In this document: one piece after another, positions 61,540 to 64,000 of the stretch
How the letters are laid out: each line of letters begins with the position of its first letter
Position numbering within the stretch: position 1 is the stretch's first letter
Assembly (NCBI GenBank): GCA_045612185.1
Contig: JAZKYO010000045.1
Span: forward strand, 18,389 to 82,388
Direction of reading: 5' to 3'
Origin: Eubacteriales bacterium
Lineage (GTDB): Bacteria; Bacillota; Clostridia; Oscillospirales; CAG-272
DNA length: 64,000 bases
Made by a program: the position numbers and the translations under genes
The notes under the pieces: model-generated
The model's database searches: none
Told to the model about the DNA's origin: nothing
The model's input: only the letters and a program-made list of their open reading frames with translations

Positions 61540-62793
61540 GTGGACAACCAAAAGTGGATGAACACCATGCGTGTTTACTATGAATATGAAAAACGCTTTG
61601 CCGCTTCAAAGCTTCAGAAGGCTTTTTACGTTCCTACCGAGGACGGTGACAAAAGCGCGATAATTTCGGGCGTAAAAAAGATGTTGGCTTATGATGACGG
61701 CATGCTTCCCGAAATCGGAGATATGGAAGAAGTTACGCGAGACACCGTCGAAGCGTACGAAGTTATAGGACTTCGCTATACCACGTGGGAAAATTTTTAC
61801 GGAGCGGCGTCTCTTTTTATGCCGCATGGTAAAGAAAAAGTGCCGCTTGTATTCGTGTTTCCCGGTCACGGCGCGCAAGGCAGACTTACAAGGGGCTATA
61901 TTTCTATGGCTAACCGATTGGCTCGTATGGGAATTGCCGTTATGCTTGTAGAAAATATCGGGCAGGGTGACCGCAATACGCAGGGGCATTGGGATTCTAT
62001 TGCGCCGTTTTACTGCGGTCTCACGCTTCAAGGCATGATATTGATGGAATCGGTTGCGCTTATCCGCAAAATGGCAAATCACCCGCGTGTAGACAAAAGC
62101 CGCATGGGCGCTTGCGGTAATTCGGGCGGCGGAACGCTGTGCCTGTTTCTTGCGGCGCTTGCGCCGGAGCTGTCGGTGCTTTCCGCCTCGGGATACCCCT
62201 CGGACTTTTCCTATCTCTTGTCAAAAGAACGCCCGCACTGCTCTTGCAATCTGTTGAGGGGATGTGCTTACGGTCCGGAGATGTGGGAGGTTCTCTCATC
62301 ATTCGCTCCAAAGCCGCTGTTTATCGAACAGGGGCAAAACGACCACTTGATTCCTTACGATTTGTTTATGCTCACCGCGCGAAAGGTCAGTCACGTATAC
62401 AGACAAACGGGATGTGTGGAAAACTTTGAGTTTTCGACTTCACGCACGCTTCATCCGTGGGTAAACGCTGACAGAATTCTGATTGCGGACTTTCTCGCAA
62501 AGCACTTGGGAATAACGCCGATTGCCTTGGAGAATGACGAGGACGAATCACTTATTGCGCTTTTGCAAGGTCGGCAGATTTCTATACCCGAGGAGTCACT
62601 CGACACCGACGGTATCGCCCAAAAGCTTACGGGCAAAAAAATGCCGAAAGAAACTGTGCTTTCAGACATATTTACGCCTACACTGAACGGCGAACCATTG
62701 TCAGAGGATGACATTATCCCCGACATAGGTCGCGGCAACGTTATGAGAATATTGGCGCAAATGGAATGCGCTCTTACAAAACAGGAGAATTGA
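61540..62793 (+). CDS. Alpha/beta hydrolase (acetyl esterase / dienelactone hydrolase-like)
   Basis: 417 aa. Nucleophile elbow in MGACGNSGGGTLC (G-x-S-x-G). GTG start with a GGAGGTG RBS. Confidence 0.55.
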   Translation: MDNQKWMNTMRVYYEYEKRFAASKLQKAFYVPTEDGDKSAIISGVKKMLAYDDGMLPEIGDMEEVTRDTVEAYEVIGLRYTTWENFYGAASLFMPHGKEKVPLVFVFPGHGAQGRLTRGYISMANRLARMGIAVMLVENIGQGDRNTQGHWDSIAPFYCGLTLQGMILMESVALIRKMANHPRVDKSRMGACGNSGGGTLCLFLAALAPELSVLSASGYPSDFSYLLSKERPHCSCNLLRGCAYGPEMWEVLSSFAPKPLFIEQGQNDHLIPYDLFMLTARKVSHVYRQTGCVENFEFSTSRTLHPWVNADRILIADFLAKHLGITPIALENDEDESLIALLQGRQISIPEESLDTDGIAQKLTGKKMPKETVLSDIFTPTLNGEPLSEDDIIPDIGRGNVMRILAQMECALTKQEN

Positions 62794-62794
62794 T

Positions 62795-64000
62795 ATGAAA
62801 CACTTCAAACCGTTTGAATTACCCGTAGCTCCCACTTTTCCGAGTGTTGACTTTAATATTAAAGATTACGGCGCCGAAGAAGGGGGAAAAATTCCCGCCA
62901 CAGAAGCTATTCGCAGGGCTGTTGAGGATTGCTCAAGCCGTGGTGGAGGACGCGTTATTATCCCAAAAGGGAACTGGCTCACAGGTCCCATTCACCTTAA
63001 GGATAACGTAAACCTTCATGTGGAAGAGGGGGCTTTTGTCGAGTTCAGCGAAAATTTTGATGACTATCTTCCCGTAGTATACGGAATACTCGGCGGCGTG
63101 CGCGTATACAGTGTGTCGCACTTTATCTACGCGTATAAGTGCAAAAATATAGCCTTGACCGGAAAAGGCGTTTTTGACGGTCACGGTCACGTATGGATGT
63201 ACATGAAAAAGCACCAGCCGGGTATGGAAGATCTTATGAAAAAGGGAAGAGCGGGCGCGCCCATGTCGGAGCGTGTTTACGACAAGCCAGAGGATGGAGT
63301 TCGTCCCCGTATGCTTCAGTTTGTTGAGTGTGAGAACATACTCCTTGAGGGAGTGCGGATTCAGAACAGCCCGTCTTGGAACGTGCATTTTGCCTGGTGC
63401 AAAAATATAACCGTGAGAAAAGTAAGCATAGATAATCCCTTTGAAAGCCACAATACCGACGGGATTAATTTTGAATATTGCAAGCGTTGTCTTATGGAAG
63501 ACTGCACCATCGCGGGCGGTGACGATATGTGTTGCATCAAGGCAGGGCGTGAAAGAGATGCTTGGGATTACGGTTTGCCTTGCGAGGACATAGAAATAAG
63601 AAACTGTCGCGCGTTGAAATGCCGTTGCGGCGGTGTGACGATAGGAAGCGAAACAAGCGCTTCAATACGAAATATTTATATTCACGACTGTTATCTTGGG
63701 CAAGTAACCGCGGGTATTAACCTGAAAACTATGAAGGGGCGCGGCGGAGTTGTTGAAAACATCGATATAGAGAATATATACGTTGAGTATGCCGTCCGCG
63801 AGGCGATAAGACTTAGTATGAGATATTCGGGAGAGCCGCTTGACGACCAGACGCAAGAGGCTATAAATATGCCAGTGGTGCGTAATATTCACATAGAAAA
63901 CTTCCGATGTGAAAAGTCAATGAACTCGCTCAATATTTGTGGAACTAATGGCCATGAGCTGCAAAATATTTCCATTGCTAATTCCACTATTAAATCTGAA
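62795..64000 (+). CDS. GH28 family glycoside hydrolase (exo-polygalacturonase/rhamnogalacturonase-like); 3' end beyond the window
   Basis: Not in the track because it is open to the window end. MKHFKPFELPVAPTFPSVDFNIKDYGAEEGGKIPATEAIRRAVEDCSSRGGGRVIIPKGNWLTGPIHL; HNTDGINF; GGDDMCCIK; parallel beta-helix repeats. Confidence 0.75.
   Translation, partial: MKHFKPFELPVAPTFPSVDFNIKDYGAEEGGKIPATEAIRRAVEDCSSRGGGRVIIPKGNWLTGPIHLKDNVNLHVEEGAFVEFSENFDDYLPVVYGILGGVRVYSVSHFIYAYKCKNIALTGKGVFDGHGHVWMYMKKHQPGMEDLMKKGRAGAPMSERVYDKPEDGVRPRMLQFVECENILLEGVRIQNSPSWNVHFAWCKNITVRKVSIDNPFESHNTDGINFEYCKRCLMEDCTIAGGDDMCCIKAGRERDAWDYGLPCEDIEIRNCRALKCRCGGVTIGSETSASIRNIYIHDCYLGQVTAGINLKTMKGRGGVVENIDIENIYVEYAVREAIRLSMRYSGEPLDDQTQEAINMPVVRNIHIENFRCEKSMNSLNICGTNGHELQNISIANSTIKSE

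Overview
This 64-kb window looks like an accessory region from a Firmicutes/Clostridia-type anaerobe. The signals supporting that are AGGAGG-type RBSs, TTGACA/TGnTATAAT promoters, and lipoprotein or secreted CAZymes. It is a patchwork of about ten small glycan-utilisation units. Each unit is usually one regulator (8 AraC/XylS, 1 IclR) plus a short operon. The units I can call are:
- DUF871/MupG-like
- beta-lactamase-fold hydrolase + Gfo/Idh/MocA + DMT permease
- GH36-like
- GH113-like + UxuA-like + GH2
- DNRLRE-domain clan GH-A lipoprotein + GH32 + fructokinase
- amidohydrolase + a 1024-aa GH-like protein
- CE12-like esterase
- GH78-like
- a second, larger DNRLRE protein
- SDR, alpha/beta hydrolase and GH28

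Five things stand out.
1. Two PFL2-type glycyl radical enzymes sit inside glycan loci with no activase in the window. One is translationally coupled to an SMP-30 lactonase-like gene, followed by a DMT permease and an SGNH esterase.
2. A modular intergenic repeat family has ten same-orientation copies. It caps the 3' end of nearly every plus-strand unit, and one copy is contiguous with a degenerate integrase, so the region looks like an array of accreted cassettes.
3. A recombination junction fuses the 5' end of a GH paralog to a duplicated promoter that now drives the second radical-enzyme operon.
4. A monocistronic 2065-aa secreted multi-LamG protein lies behind a consensus promoter and a 4 x 10-bp repeat tract.
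5. There is also a MITE-like element, an IS fragment, recombinase remnants and several gene fragments at unit borders.

I saw no rRNA, no convincing tRNA and no CRISPR. All family assignments come from reading motifs by eye and need HMM or structure confirmation.
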